The position numbers and the translations under genes were made by a program. The notes under the pieces were generated by a model. The model was not told where the DNA came from, made no database searches, and was given only the letters and a program-made list of their open reading frames with translations. DNA of 64,000 bases from Lingula anatina (taxonomy: Eukaryota; Animalia; Brachiopoda), in NCBI GenBank assembly GCA_051362555.1, contig CM120641.1:28340401-28404400 (forward strand), read 5' to 3'. Of this stretch, positions 1 to 12,683 are shown piece by piece. Position 1 is the first letter of the stretch. Each line of letters starts with the position of its first letter.

Positions 1-2094
1 CCAGTAACGCACCCCTTAGTCAAGAATCTGAACAAATCAATGTTGGGCAGGTATGCTCTATTTTCTACAAGCGTTTGGTGATTTTATCAACTTGATTGTC
101 AAGTGCCAGACCTTTTGTTCCCAGGTACCAGTAGCAAACTTTATCAGATAACAATCTGACACTAACCATCCTGCACTAACAGCGCTGTAAACCCAGTTAT
201 CAATGGTGTCATCTTTACCTGTATCTTTACCGGTATTATGCCAGTGGTACGTTTGATACATTTGAGTAAGGAAATATGCTTAATGCTTATATTCATTTAT
301 AATACATGTACGTTAGCATCAACCTGTTAATAAAAACTTGGAAACTTTCAATGTTATTACACAATAACAGTATAATGATGGGAAATGTTATGATTAAATG
401 CTTAGAAGAATAATAAAAACAGATTATGTGAAATACAAAATGAATTGATTTTATTTGGGTTATTTATTTCAAACCAATTAATTATCAAACATGAAGCTTA
501 TAAAAACACTCGCAGATATATGAAATATAACCCTGCTGGTACACAGATCTACAGTTCTAAAATGCAAATACCAAGTACATGTTCCTTTCACACACCACTG
601 ATGAGATGTGAATAATCATATGCATAAAGCAGTAATATATCACAAGAAATGTGTACTAAGCAAGATATTTCTACAAGTAACCTCATTAATCAGTCAGGCA
701 ACCTCATAATGCACCCAATAAATGTAGAAATTTGAGCTAGAGAAATTCTACATACAGGCATGACAGATTTACCATATATTGCCACCAACCCTTAACTGAA
801 TGGGCATAGAAAGAACAAAGTGAGTCTCCCTCCCATTAAAAATAAGAAATAAAAATAAATAAATAAAAAACAGATACTGTCATTCTTAATACTGAAAAAC
901 AATGGCACCTTGCAGCCTTCACTGCCTCACTTTTTGCAGACAATGTTCTAGTCACTGTAACTGTGTACTTTTGATGAGGCATAGATGCAAGAATAACTCC
1001 TTTGAAGTATATTGTGAAGGTCTCTTTTGTCATAAATCTGCCACGTATAACCTGAATGTACATATTGCGATTCACACCGCAGCAGCTTGTCTTAGTAAGG
1101 ACTCAACCAGTTGAAAACCTGAGGCACAGCTTCAGGGACAAGATCACACAATCTACTTTAGTATCCTTGCTGTGATGATGGATCTACTAGTACATTATCT
1201 ACAGTATGTCTTGTCCTTCTGATTTCTCTAATACCATTTCCCCTGATCTATGCTCACATCAATCTCTACAGCTTTACCAACTGCTACACAGTTTTTACAT
1301 CTGAAAGTATAAAGCAAAAATTGTAATAAAGCACTATCAATTTACTTGTTAGATATTGATTTGAGGGCAAGAGAAAAAGGCAGAAACCTCATATCATAAT
1401 CAAGATAATTGAAAATCAAATAATGCATAATCAAATAGCTTTAATTGTATACACTACTGATGATTTAATCTTTAAACTTCAGCATAAATTTATCTTGTTA
1501 AAGCATAGCCACTTTATCAAAATGTGCTTGAACAAATAATAATAATAATGATAATAATAATAAACAACCTGCACACAAGATGGAACATGGAGGTCAACTG
1601 CCATAAAATAAGTTGATTTGTACTTGGTAGCCTGAGAAATAGTATCAGGTATTAATTTGAACAGTAAATTGAGTAATAATACCACAATGACACACGCATA
1701 CGGTGTTATGTAACAAAATTCATGCATTACTTGCTGTGGCAGTGTCCTCCTCAACCTATCGTGCACCGCAGGTTTTGATTTTCAATGTCATCAAAAAATT
1801 TTATTGTTGTTAGTTTGATCTATGTATCTGCTATTCAAATAATATTGTTTGGAAAATAACTAACTGATTTAATTTTGCTTTTGCAACATGAAATAATCAT
1901 TAACTTTGCCGGTTCACGTGTATACAGTACCTTGCTATCAGTGCTGCTCTTTTCTCCCCAACTCGCCACTGACAGGCTAACCACATCGTTTCAAAACAAC
2001 GTTGGTATTCTCCTTTACTTTTGGTGTTGGCAGTTTCGTCCCTGGGACATCGTTTCGGTTAAAAACAACGTATCGTTTTCACCCATCTATGCAT

Positions 2095-2190
2095 TGCTCC
2101 TGTACAAAATGGCCGCCTGTTGCCCCCCCAAGGGAAAAATCGTAGCACGTGGGTAGTTACGCAAGACCTGTGACGTATAACGCGCGCATC
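2095..2190. promoter_or_regulatory. CpG-rich promoter-like patch (YY1-like AAAATGGCCGCC, E-box CACGTG, CRE-like TGACGT, CGCGCGCA) upstream of KDELR exon 2
   Basis: Cluster of CpG-containing housekeeping-promoter motifs in CpG-poor surroundings; motif matches only, no expression data. Confidence 0.4.
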
Positions 2191-2217
2191 GTTATTGTTT
2201 GATATCTGTGAACATTA

Positions 2218-2726
2218 AGGGGCCCGCACACGGTGAGCATTTGGCGCGCGCCACTTGCGCTGCGCCGTTTTCTCATCGTGTGCGGGGGTATTTTGGTGAG
2301 ATTTTTGCCTCACGCGCGGCTGAGCAAAATTTCTCACGTGTTTGATTTTTTTTGTCTCTTGAGGCAAATGTCTCAGCGTGTGCAGGGTGCAAGCGCCGAT
2401 TGCTCACGCCATGCTAACAATGCGCATGTGCCAGTAGCCGGAAACAAACAAAAATGGCAGCCCCCAGCGAAGTCAACAAAAATGTACACAGTTATAGTTA
2501 GTCTGATTGATTAACGTGGTCACCATTATCCATTACTATCAGAAAAAACAACAATATGTAATGTTTCCTTAAACACATGATCTCACAGTTCACAGTGCGT
2601 CCGCTAGGGGCAGGCCGGGAGGCACCTCTGCTGAGCAAAGAGCGCATCGTTTGCAGGGAGCTGAGAAGCGCGAGCATCTGGCGCAACGCAAGTGGCGCGC
2701 CGAATGCTCACCGTGTGCGGGCCCCT
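2218..2726. mobile_element. PIF/Harbinger (Tourist-like) MITE, ~509 bp
   Basis: ~50-bp TIRs AGGGGCCCGCACACGGTGAGCATT(T/C)GGCGCG... / ...AATGCTCACCGTGTGCGGGCCCCT; 3-bp TSD TTA at 2215-2217 and 2727-2729; no transposase ORF. Confidence 0.85.
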
Positions 2727-3477
2727 TTATCAGATCCAGACAGGACGGAAGCCCCTTCGCTGGCATCCTTCAAGAGTTAATTTTTATAGAAACATCTGAC
2801 ATGGCAAACAAAGTGAAGGGGATTTAAATCTGACCTGTCCTATACCCCTTTCCTCAACTAAAATAAAGATCTGTAAGTGAACTAAGAAACTAGGAAGTCG
2901 AGCTGTGATAACACCAGTTTTAATTGATACATTTTACTAGCATACAGTTGATGTATTAAGCTGTGCCCTAGTTGTGGATGTTTATATAGTAAATTATTCT
3001 CAGTTGCATATAATAAGTATTTTTGTATGTTCTTTTTGTCACACTTACACATTTTGCCAAGTGGTAAAATGAGAAGAAATTAAACTGATTTAAAAAGGCA
3101 TGCCACTCATCCATAATAATGACATGACTCAAGAGGTTGCTGTTCCTAGAACTTATCCAGTTCTGCTAAGCTGCATGTGTCATTGAATTAATGAGATGCT
3201 CATTTTGAAACTATAATATTAGCACATATTTAAGTATCTTCATGTCTGAATAATAATTACTATAAGATGGCAGTTGTGTGTATTATAATTTTTCCACCTG
3301 TATGGTTCAGGTTTTTGCTTTTTTTTGTCGTTGTAACAGGCTTACATTATACAAAACTGTTTTTAAAACTTTTTAATGTCCTCAACAAAAGCTTCTTTAA
3401 AAAGATGTTTTTTCTTTTCATTTACATAAATATTCAACTATATAAATTTTACCATTTATGATATTTTATTATTCCAG

Positions 3478-4487
3478 GTGTTTCTGGCAAAAGTCAGATC
3501 CTGTTTGCCTTGGTCTTCATCACAAGGTACTTGGATTTGTTTACCAACTTCATCTCTGTGTACAACAGTTTGATGAAGGTCATTTTCATTGCATCGACTG
3601 TTGCCACCGTGTACCTCATGTACATCAAGTTCAAGGCCACCTATGACAGCAACCACGATACATTCAGGATAGAGTTCCTGGTGGTGCCTGTGGGAGGACT
3701 GGCATTTTTGGTCAACCATGATTTCACCCCACTGGAAGTAAGTGTGAAGAAAACATAGAAGCAACGATAATCCCCTTGACTAATTCACATACATACTGAT
3801 ATGTTGAATAGGTGTTGTCCCTTAATTACCTATCAAAGATATTCAAGTGATCTAGTTGTGACTATCTTCTTGGCTTTATTTTCAGATTTTGTGGACTTTC
3901 TCAATTTACCTAGAATCTGTGGCTATCCTCCCTCAGTTGTTTATGATCAGCAAAACTGGTGAAGCCGAGACCATCACCAGCCACTATTTGTTTGCCTTGG
4001 GTTCCTACAGAGCACTGTACCTTCTCAACTGGATCTACCGCTATTACTTTGAGGGCTATTTTGACCTCATCGCAGTGGTGGCTGGATGTGTGCAAACAAT
4101 ACTCTACTGTGATTTCTTTTATCTGTATATAACAAAAGGTAATTCTTTTGTGTTTGGTTTTGGGAATAGTAACAGGTATATAAAATTGCATTGTCTATAT
4201 AGGAGTTAAGAATTCTTCGTGTATGCCATTTTATTTAATAGGTTTAGGTATACATTGTCCCTAATTACTATGTACATGATATAAAGCTTTTAATTAGTAG
4301 GAATTAAATTAAAAGGGAAATGAGACGAATGTGCTAACCCTGTAGTGCATACTGAATGTGTGTGAATTTGCATGCTTGTGATAATTTGGTGGAAAAAAGT
4401 TGTCTTTGTACCATACAAAGTGAGATGATTTCATATTGTTTTTCATTTTCAGTTATGTGGGGAAAGAAACTAAGCTTACCAGCATAA
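3478..4487 (+). CDS. KDELR: ER lumen protein-retaining receptor (KDEL receptor/ERD2), 5'-partial; exons 3478-3737, 3886-4138, 4453-4487
   Basis: Spliced translation [35 protein letters not shown]...[43 protein letters not shown]...[17 protein letters not shown]; GT-AG introns with consistent phases. The first coding exon (~30 aa) was not found in the window. Confidence 0.96.
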
Positions 4488-6095
4488 CCACTTCAGTAGG
4501 ACACAGTAACTGTTTAAAGCACTCAAGTTGATGTCAATTTATATATAGTAATCAAATGCAGGAGGACAGCTCATAATATTCAGGTCAATTGTGGATGATA
4601 GGATGAGGCAAAGCAGAATGAATGAAGATACAATCCTGGACATTACCTGCGACTTTTAACGATTCACAACTACCTAAATCTTCCATTAACAATGTTTTGT
4701 AAACAAAAAGTTTTCTTTTCATTAGTCATGTTTACTAGAAATGTCACTTAGTTTTACATTTTTCTGAAAGAACCCATGGAAAGGTGTAAACTTGGAAAAA
4801 AAATATTCAAAGAACTGCTACACCAGTAATTCAAAATCTGTTGGACATGTTCTGATGATGCTGGATACTTGCAACAAATGTTCTTTTATCTCGGTCTGAA
4901 TATTGGCCCCTTTGGTTGAGAACAAATATTCTTCTCATTTAAATGAAATATTTTTAGAATGGAAATCCAGAGCTGGGATGTCCTGAATATTGTTGGTGCT
5001 GTGTGCGTAAGGTGTACCATGTGGCTTTCAGGGCATCTAGAACCCAGTAAAATGCTTCACACGATTAGTACATAGAGTACATTAGTACATGTGAAGAGGT
5101 GATCTTTCAGTCGGGAAGGCATGGTATGCTTTGACGTGTTATTTTGGTCAAGATGGTGGGTCCGACGTTGCTTTAAAATGAAAAGTAGTTCATGTTGACA
5201 CACTTACTAGGTGTAAATAAGTTTCTGTAAGGGGTCAAGGCTGTTTGTTTAAGATTATGCTTTATAAAGATGGTGTTAATGTTAAGATGCTAGTTTTTTA
5301 CGTGTAGGTATTTCTATTCGTCTGTATACAAAGTCACTTAAAACAGCATTTTAAACATGCCTTGTAAAATGTAGAAATAATATATCAGAGAAATTTTGAT
5401 ATTTATTCATGGCTTGAGGTAATTCTGTTATTTGACATGGCATGTGTTGTTAAAAATGTCTAACTTCAAGCATGGTTATGCGATCACAGTGATGGATGTT
5501 TAACAGAAATGTTAGTTTCTTTGAAATTTATCAGAGTTGGCCTTTATCAAGTCAATAAATACATACACTATATATATATATACATAAAATCATCTTTTTA
5601 TTTCAATGATAAGGGTTTTCATGTCATGCAGAGGTATTTCGAGAAATACTTCATTCTGCTCAAACTCGTTATCAATATCTTCACCAGTTTTTTGTTACCT
5701 CGATCAAACCTGCAGTCTATGGTCATCAAGTGCTTTTTTTTTCTGATTAAACAAGAAGTAAAGATTGGCCTTAACAGGCCACTAAATTGAGTTATTAATA
5801 CAACCTGTAAAATGTAAAAAGTCATCAATAAACAAACCATTAGTGAGTAACAGAACTTCCAACTCCCCATCTCTGATGTTTACGTATTAATGAATGCTTT
5901 AAGTCATCCAACCAGTCTATGGAACTGGAACAAGTCGCATTATATGCAAAAGGATATTTCTTGATGACAAAACCATTTCAGTTAGCCTTGTTACAAAACG
6001 GTTGATTCAAATGAATACTGGATCCAGTCTGAGGCTCTGTACAAGTTGCTAACTTCCTTAATGTTTCTCACTGAGATTTCATTTCCAGAGATAGT

Positions 6096-7496
6096 CTAAT
6101 ATGTTTCCAATATTTTAACTAGGCACCAATTCACATCACTTAAATGTAGTTGGTCCTAAAAAAAAAAATAATAAAAAGAGCATTATTATGATTACTTTGT
6201 CTTGGAATTGTGTGTGCAAGTTAAACAGTCAATTTGATACAACTTTTAAAAATAATTTTTGCCAATTAAATACATTTTAAAACCAAAAAAATATGACGAG
6301 CAATATGACTTTAAATACATAAATTATTACCAATAATTTCAAACAAGTGTCACCTTCAATGACGTGTCCCTAGACCTCAGTGAAACCACGCCATTAATAA
6401 AGGTCTTCTCATCAATGATAACACAATAAGGTATACCGCTCTCGTCCATTCTATAACAAAAAACGGTTGACCAATAAGTTTGACATTGAATAACATAATT
6501 TTGATAGAAAAAAAAAAAAAATGTTGCAGTCATATTTGTCACAATACCACATTTTAACTCTGCTATAACTGATATAGTTTTTTTCACAATTATTCTCGTT
6601 TAAAAAAAGGAGAGTATTTGGGATTGTGGTACTTAAGTTACACATGAAATACATCTCCATGTTTGTATTTGAAGACAAAGCATGCTCTGTTGGGCTGTTA
6701 CTGGCTTTGTCAGTAAAACTGAAATAATGCTTTAAATTATATAAATATTTCCTATTGAAATTGGTTGTGATTGAACTGTTCAGTAAATCACCAATGAACC
6801 ATTCTTAACAAATTAATGTTAAAGATGAACTGGAAGGCGATTTTTTGTCACAAAAGCTGACCAAATGCCACCATGTAGTATCAAATAGCATAACATAAAG
6901 AAATACCAAAAGGCATTGTTTCAAAAAAAAATTTTTTTTTTGCAAACCATCTGGCCATCATAGAAAAAGTGGAAAATGGATGTCTAAATGACTGCTGCAC
7001 AGAATTTCTGGAAAAAGGTTTGTGAGTTAAAATAATATGGGTATTTGGATGCAAATTCTGAAAGCCTAGGTTGGTTACCATATTGGTGACAATAAGGCAA
7101 CCCTGAAAATAAGTTATTTCTGTTTTAGACCTCCCCTTAGTTCCTTTTTCCCCAACTTGAATCCTATTCTTCGTAGTTCATGAGACTCAGAGAGCTCTAT
7201 TTGTCTAATGTATCATTCCTATAGATAGATAAGTGAGAACACTAATGTGACATACAAGGTTCTTTCTTTCAAAACAAAGCATTATTTACTTTGTGTAGAT
7301 ACTGTCAAGAGTAGATTCCTTCAGGTGGAGCGCCATGATGCCACTTTCACTCAATAATAGGCCAACATAATCTGCAACTTCTCTCATTTCTGAGGTTGAA
7401 TGGCCTTGGGAGTGTACAGTTGCCACAGCCACTTTATATGGAGCTAACCTTGGATGTAAATGAATGACCTAAAACAACATGACATATTTCAAGGAT

Positions 7497-7530
<34 letters not shown>

Positions 7531-8658
7531 ATAGTTTTCACTCCATTATATGTTGTCTGGCTTATTTTCAGTGAAAAGACAAAACGGATATTTGTCATAT
7601 TTCAAAGGCAAACTACTTTTTTCACAATTTTTCAGACAGATTAAAAATGAACCCCCTTGAAAAAACTAATGACACTGCTTTGAAAAAAATGGCAGATTTC
7701 ATTTGAATATTTGTATTTTAACATGATAACAAACAGTCTCTCTCTCTCTGCTTACTTTCTTCATTTCCTTAGTGTCACTGTTTTTCACACCTTCTTCATA
7801 AGAATCCACAAGATACGCTAACATTGCCTGCTCTAGAATTGTGGAAGATTCTATCAATTGTGGAACCACTGACTTCTTTCCTATTGTTACCTGATAAACA
7901 GAAACATCACATGACAAAAGATGGACTAAGAAAAAATAAGGAAATAACCACAAAAATTTAAAAGACAAAGATGTTAGTCTGACTTTAGTGTTTACAATAA
8001 CTTTTCTTGCCATGCTTTCTTTTTGAACTAATTTTCTTTTAACCATTTGCTTTGTCAAATTAATGTAGCCAAAGTAAAGCATGGTGAATAAAAAGAAGTA
8101 AACTTTTTTCTTTGAAATTGAAAATTTTTTTCAACCTGTGATAAAGTGTCAAGCTCCCCGATTGTTTCTACTCTTTTCACTGTGATGGTTTCAACATTAT
8201 CAAGTCCCCAAGGAAATGCAAACTTTATACAAATTTGTTGTTGGTGCAAATCTTCGTTTTCTTCCTCGTCAGCAGTAATAAAATTTGGTGGGTATTTAGA
8301 AAACTACAAAAATAAATAAATAATCCAAATGACATACATCATTCTTATGCATGAAATATGCACATTCTTGTCACAGAGTATGCCTGTTAAATAGCCCAAA
8401 ACTGTGTTTGCCAGACAAATATAAATTAAATGCTTACAAAAAAGAAATCCAAACCTTTACTTATGTAAGAAAAACATACTTGAAACTATGCAAAATTGCT
8501 CAAATGATATTTGTCTCAGGATAGTATGTATCAAGAAGTCAACTATGTACCGTTCTCCACCAGTTTAACCTCTCCTGTACCCAATAGCCAAACCACTTGT
8601 TTGTGTCCTTTGGAGACACAAAGTATTGTAAGAGTAGCTGAGTAAATACTGAACTTCT

Positions 8659-8700
<42 letters not shown>

Positions 8701-11700
8701 GAATTACTTACTGAAACACATAACTTCATCAATGTTTATCGCAAGATAACATCCTTATCTATGAGATAAAAAAAAACAAGATTTCTTTATGTAACTATCT
8801 TATTCTCACAACAGCTATCAAAATGATATTAATATGACACAGACCAATGGTACAGTAGTATATAATATACTGTTTAATTTTAAAACTCATTTCTTTAATT
8901 CACCAATTATCAAATATGTAAACTTATACTTTGAGGGCATACTTACTGGTATATAAATTTTGACTGATCTATGTTTTCTCTAGTGAAACACTTTCCACAC
9001 TGAACAATGCCAAGGGGAAGTCTGTGATTCATCTCACTGAAGACATATGGATACCACAATAAGGTCCCTAATGATAAGACAAAATTGTACTCTTTCTCAT
9101 GCAGATTTAATGTTATACACCATACAAAAGTATTTTCAAAGTCCTGCAAAGTCTTAAAAATTAGAGGCCTGGACAAAAAATCTTTATGTTAAGAAATCTC
9201 TTATCAGTAAACAGAATACTTCTCGTAAAAAACAGTGAGGTTGTAATTCTTACCTTTGGCCAGTGATGGTGGTAAAAATAAGGGATTTTCTTTGTCCATT
9301 CTGAAAATGTCAACCATACATGTACATATTACACAAAAATCATACAAAAATGTTGCATTGATAGGTCAGATTCACACAGTTTAGGTTTAAATACATTTCC
9401 CTATATATTACACCACATGGTAATTCAAGAGTGGCAGACATTACTAAATTTGCAAAGCCAGCATTTTTGCATCTTAAGAAATACTATATATAAGACTAAA
9501 ATTCATTTACATATTGCATACAGAGGGTTTCTTTTTCGTTTATACAAAAGCATATCTTTGCAAATGTGTCCCAAAAACTAACCCTCCAAACAACCTTTTT
9601 TTATATATATACTCTGAAGTGCCGAATAATAGTGCCTACTGAAATAATTGTGCCCCCGGAAAAACTTTCAGAAACTAATAATAGTGCCTAGCAGAATAAT
9701 TGTGCCCCCTGGAAAAACTCCCAATATTTAATAATAGTGCCTAGCGGAATAATTGTGCCCCCGACACCCACCCCCTGGAAAATTTTATCAAATTTAATAA
9801 TTTCAATAAATAATTGCAATGGCAATTTCAAATAGTATTTCAATCTGGAAAAATTATGTTTTGACTATTAAACATAACAAAAACACAATATCTAGACAAA
9901 TTTACCTTTGATTTTATACATGTAGTTTAACATATTTTAACCATTTAGAGTTTGCCAACTTAACTGTTTTTAAGGTCAAACCATTTTCAAAGCGACTCCC
10001 GCTACTAGTTATACGTAGTTTGGGATGTAATTTATAATCAACAACTTCAAACACCGTGAAATAAATTCTTCAGAATTAAAGAGATAAAAAATCACACTTA
10101 TCATCAATTTGAGTTCTTCGTTTGTTCATTTATATGGTTCTATTCAGTTATGGAAATTCATATCCAATGCATAGGTTTCTATGCGAAATACTGACTTAAC
10201 CCAGTTTTACAACGCTACTGCTTTCACAAAACTTACCCGTAAATCAATAGAAAATCTTCTTATAAAATCAACAAAGTGCACTTTATTTGCTCTATTTTTA
10301 TCAGTGAATATACGTAAACTATAAAAACACAACAGGCGGTCTGAATTTCGGAACATGACAAAGTGACTGAGAAAGTGTATTTGTGACACGTGACTAAATG
10401 TTGTCGAGAACAGTTGCCTCATTTCGTTCTGTCTCGTATACTTCAAATAAGGCACAGAACTGCGAAAACAAGGCGCTCACAGGGAGATAATAACTACTGG
10501 TTATTTTAAGGCACACGTGCATGCGTATTTCCGTTACTACCAAACCAAGTGCTCAGAAGCATGGGATTACGTACAGTATGTAAACAGAATGCCATATTTG
10601 CTTAGAAATAAATATAATTTTCAGTTAGCATGAGTGAAAATATACGTTGTTGTTCCATTCAGCCCAGCGAGGCGGTGCTTTTGACAAATTTCAGTGAGGC
10701 GCTTGCATATTTAAATGCAGTGGAAACACTGACTTTTATTTACGCTAAAAAAAAGTTGGAATGTACCGAGTAGTGCGACAGGTCATTAATAAAAATTAAC
10801 TTGTCCTATGAAACGATCATTAACATTTTCGAAACGTTCAACAGTATTTCCAACCGGCACAGTGACTGCCAAATAATTGTGCCGTGTGGATAATGTGGGG
10901 AAAATTATTAATCATGCCGGGGAAAATAAGATTGTGCCGGGTGGAAAATTTCCGGGAAAAAAATAATCGTGCTAGCACTATTATTTGGCACTTCAGAGTA
11001 AAAATCTACTGTTTACGTTTAGTAGCATATTATTTCTTGTTAATATCAGTCTTCTTGTAAATATGTAAGTGGTAATTTTCCCAACAAATGTCATGGATTT
11101 TCATGTTGACCACATATTTAACTTTTCATGAAAAATGATACTACTCAAAGCAAATGATTAAGAGTCATCTTAAATAAACTTACTTATTCTTAACAATCTT
11201 TTTATGAACAAAGGTGTCTTAACTTTCCACTTAAAAGACAAGGAAAATGTCAACATTGTTATGTTTCAGTATTTATTCTTCTTCCATAATTACAGTAAAT
11301 TGTTAAATAATTATTCCATTGTCTAAATTCTGTCTTTACCAAATTAGCTGTCAAAAATGGCTACATCGTATTACAAAATGATGGGAATTATATATAATTT
11401 TAATTATATTATTTAGTTATAATTTACTGATACAATTCATACCAATAAAAACAGGGGCAGATTGAGGCCATCTTCTGGGTCTTTGAGAAGATGGTCAGAT
11501 TTTCAAGTTAACATTGCCAGGTATCTAATTTTTTTCTGTCGGAAGACGGTCAAAAATGGAGGATGGATCAAGATAATTTTGAAAACTGTCAGAAAATATT
11601 TCTGGAACCACCCCTGACAAACCATCTAGTAATTGCATAGCATCAATAAATATCTAACTATTTATGTATTTGAAAATTGTTATTCTATTAACTTCAAATA

Positions 11701-12683
11701 TATATAACAGACAGTCAGATGATTGCTCAATCTCCGATTCTGTCTGCAGTTGGTGGTACAAGATCTCCTTTTGTATTGTGGAATAACACCAAGATATCAA
11801 GACCAGGGCCCCCTAACTCAAAAGCATCGCGACATTGCAAATAGCAATATCACATAGATGCTACAGTGTATTATATGGGGCGAGTATGGGCGAGTTATGG
11901 AATCGAGACGCTTGCGCTCGGTCACAATGCGCGATCCTTTCGAGTTACAGGGCCCAGATGGAAATCAGGTAATGCTACTATACATACCCTATAGGAACAC
12001 TATCTGGACAGGAGGTCTGGGTAGTATTGATTACAGGGTAAATACTTGGTTTGTTTAACACCACTGAATCCCACCTGAAAAAAAGTGAATTGAAATATAC
12101 ATCATGTTAAATCATGTTATTGTCAAATGGCATTATCGATATTAGCACGGAATACTTGCCTTAGCACTCCTATTGACGATTTTGATATGGACGCTGTGCT
12201 AACACAAAAATCGTCAATAGGAGTGCTAACGCATTAATTTCGTGCAATATCAATATCAATGACAACCTGCAATTTAAACTGGCATTTTAAATTACTGGTA
12301 ACATTCCACTGCCTATGACAATGTTTACGTCGGTTATATAAAAATCGTTAGTACATTATACAGACAAAACGCATTGTGGTTTTCTCTAGAAATAAATAAC
12401 TTCAGCGCAATTTTCAACACTGTATAATTATTACACAGTGATCAATGACAGTAACGACAAGTACATGTGCTGAAAGTGAAAATGCAACTTTCATAAGCAT
12501 TGCAAATCAAAGCAGGGTAACATTGATTAATGGCAATACTTACCATTCCTTCAGTATATTACTACTAAATGCTGCACCCATAGGCCCAAAGTCATAGCAT
12601 GTGAGCAAGGAACCATTTACCCTGCTTTCAACGGGGAATACAAAACCATGCTTCGTGCATAGTTTTGCGATCTTTTCCAGCAT
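6096..12683 (-). CDS. POLG2: Mitochondrial DNA polymerase gamma accessory subunit (GlyRS-like), 379 aa; exons 12683-12544, 12074-11988, 9300-9254, 9067-8947, 8656-8551, 8303-8136, 7890-7756, 7468-7290, 6450-6354, 6155-6096
   Basis: Manual splicing gives a 1140-nt open frame with GT-AG introns: MLEKIAKLCTKHGF...YDFGPMG...KEWWDSVV; RLPLGIVQCGKCF; WFGYWVQERLNWWRTFSKYPPNF; FAFPWGLDNVETI; VIHLHPRLAPYKVAV; DESGIPYCVIIDEKTFINGVVSLRSRDT. These match POLG2/class IIa synthetase-like motifs, and the protein is too short and degenerate for GlyRS itself. Confidence 0.9.
6823..7000. mobile_element. Diverged partial relative of the TTAA-MITE at 15380-15756/27322-27702
   Basis: TTAA|AGATG...TTTTTGTCACAAAAGCTGACCAAATGCCA...CAAAAGGCATTGTTT aligns by eye with 27322-27420. 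Confidence 0.6.
7499..7527. repeat. (AG)n microsatellite in POLG2 intron
   Basis: Directly visible. Confidence 0.95.
8661..8698. repeat. Poly-A run (~38 nt), forming the polypyrimidine tract of a POLG2 acceptor on the minus strand
   Basis: Run abuts the minus-strand GCAG acceptor at 8657-8660. Confidence 0.9.
9612..10998. mobile_element. Non-autonomous Tc1/mariner (pogo/Tigger-like) DNA transposon, ~1.39 kb, in POLG2 intron 2
   Basis: TIRs CTCTGAAGTGCCGAATAATAGTGC / GCACTATTATTTGGCACTTCAGAG; TA TSD on both sides; subterminal AATAATAGTGCC/AATAATTGTGCC repeats (three ~52-bp units at the left end); no DDE ORF. Confidence 0.85.
11807..11954. mobile_element. Short Harbinger-like MITE (~148 bp)
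   Basis: Imperfect TIRs GGCCCCCTAACTCAAAAG / CTTTCGAGTTACAGGGCC flanked by CAG direct repeats (11804-11806, 11955-11957). Confidence 0.65.
12120..12265. repeat. Long inverted repeat/hairpin in POLG2 intron 1
   Basis: Perfect 23-bp arms TTAGCACTCCTATTGACGATTTT (12161-12183) and AAAATCGTCAATAGGAGTGCTAA (12207-12229), plus an imperfect outer stem. Confidence 0.85.

Noticed and set aside
836-1114. Cys/His-rich ORF, or TGA-punctuated selenoprotein-like frame
   Set aside because: No recognisable domain, splice context or SECIS; likely chance.
1171-1222. C/D box snoRNA (GTGATGA...CTGA)
   Set aside because: Only ~50 nt, with no terminal stem or recognisable rRNA guide.
11184-11229. Extra 46-nt POLG2 exon (AG...GTAAGT on the minus strand)
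   Set aside because: Phase is incompatible with the flanking exons, which already join in frame.
6096-12683. Glycyl-tRNA synthetase
   Set aside because: Too short, catalytic motifs are degenerate, and the FPWG..E / LHP.LAP.KVA / RSRDT pattern fits POLG2.
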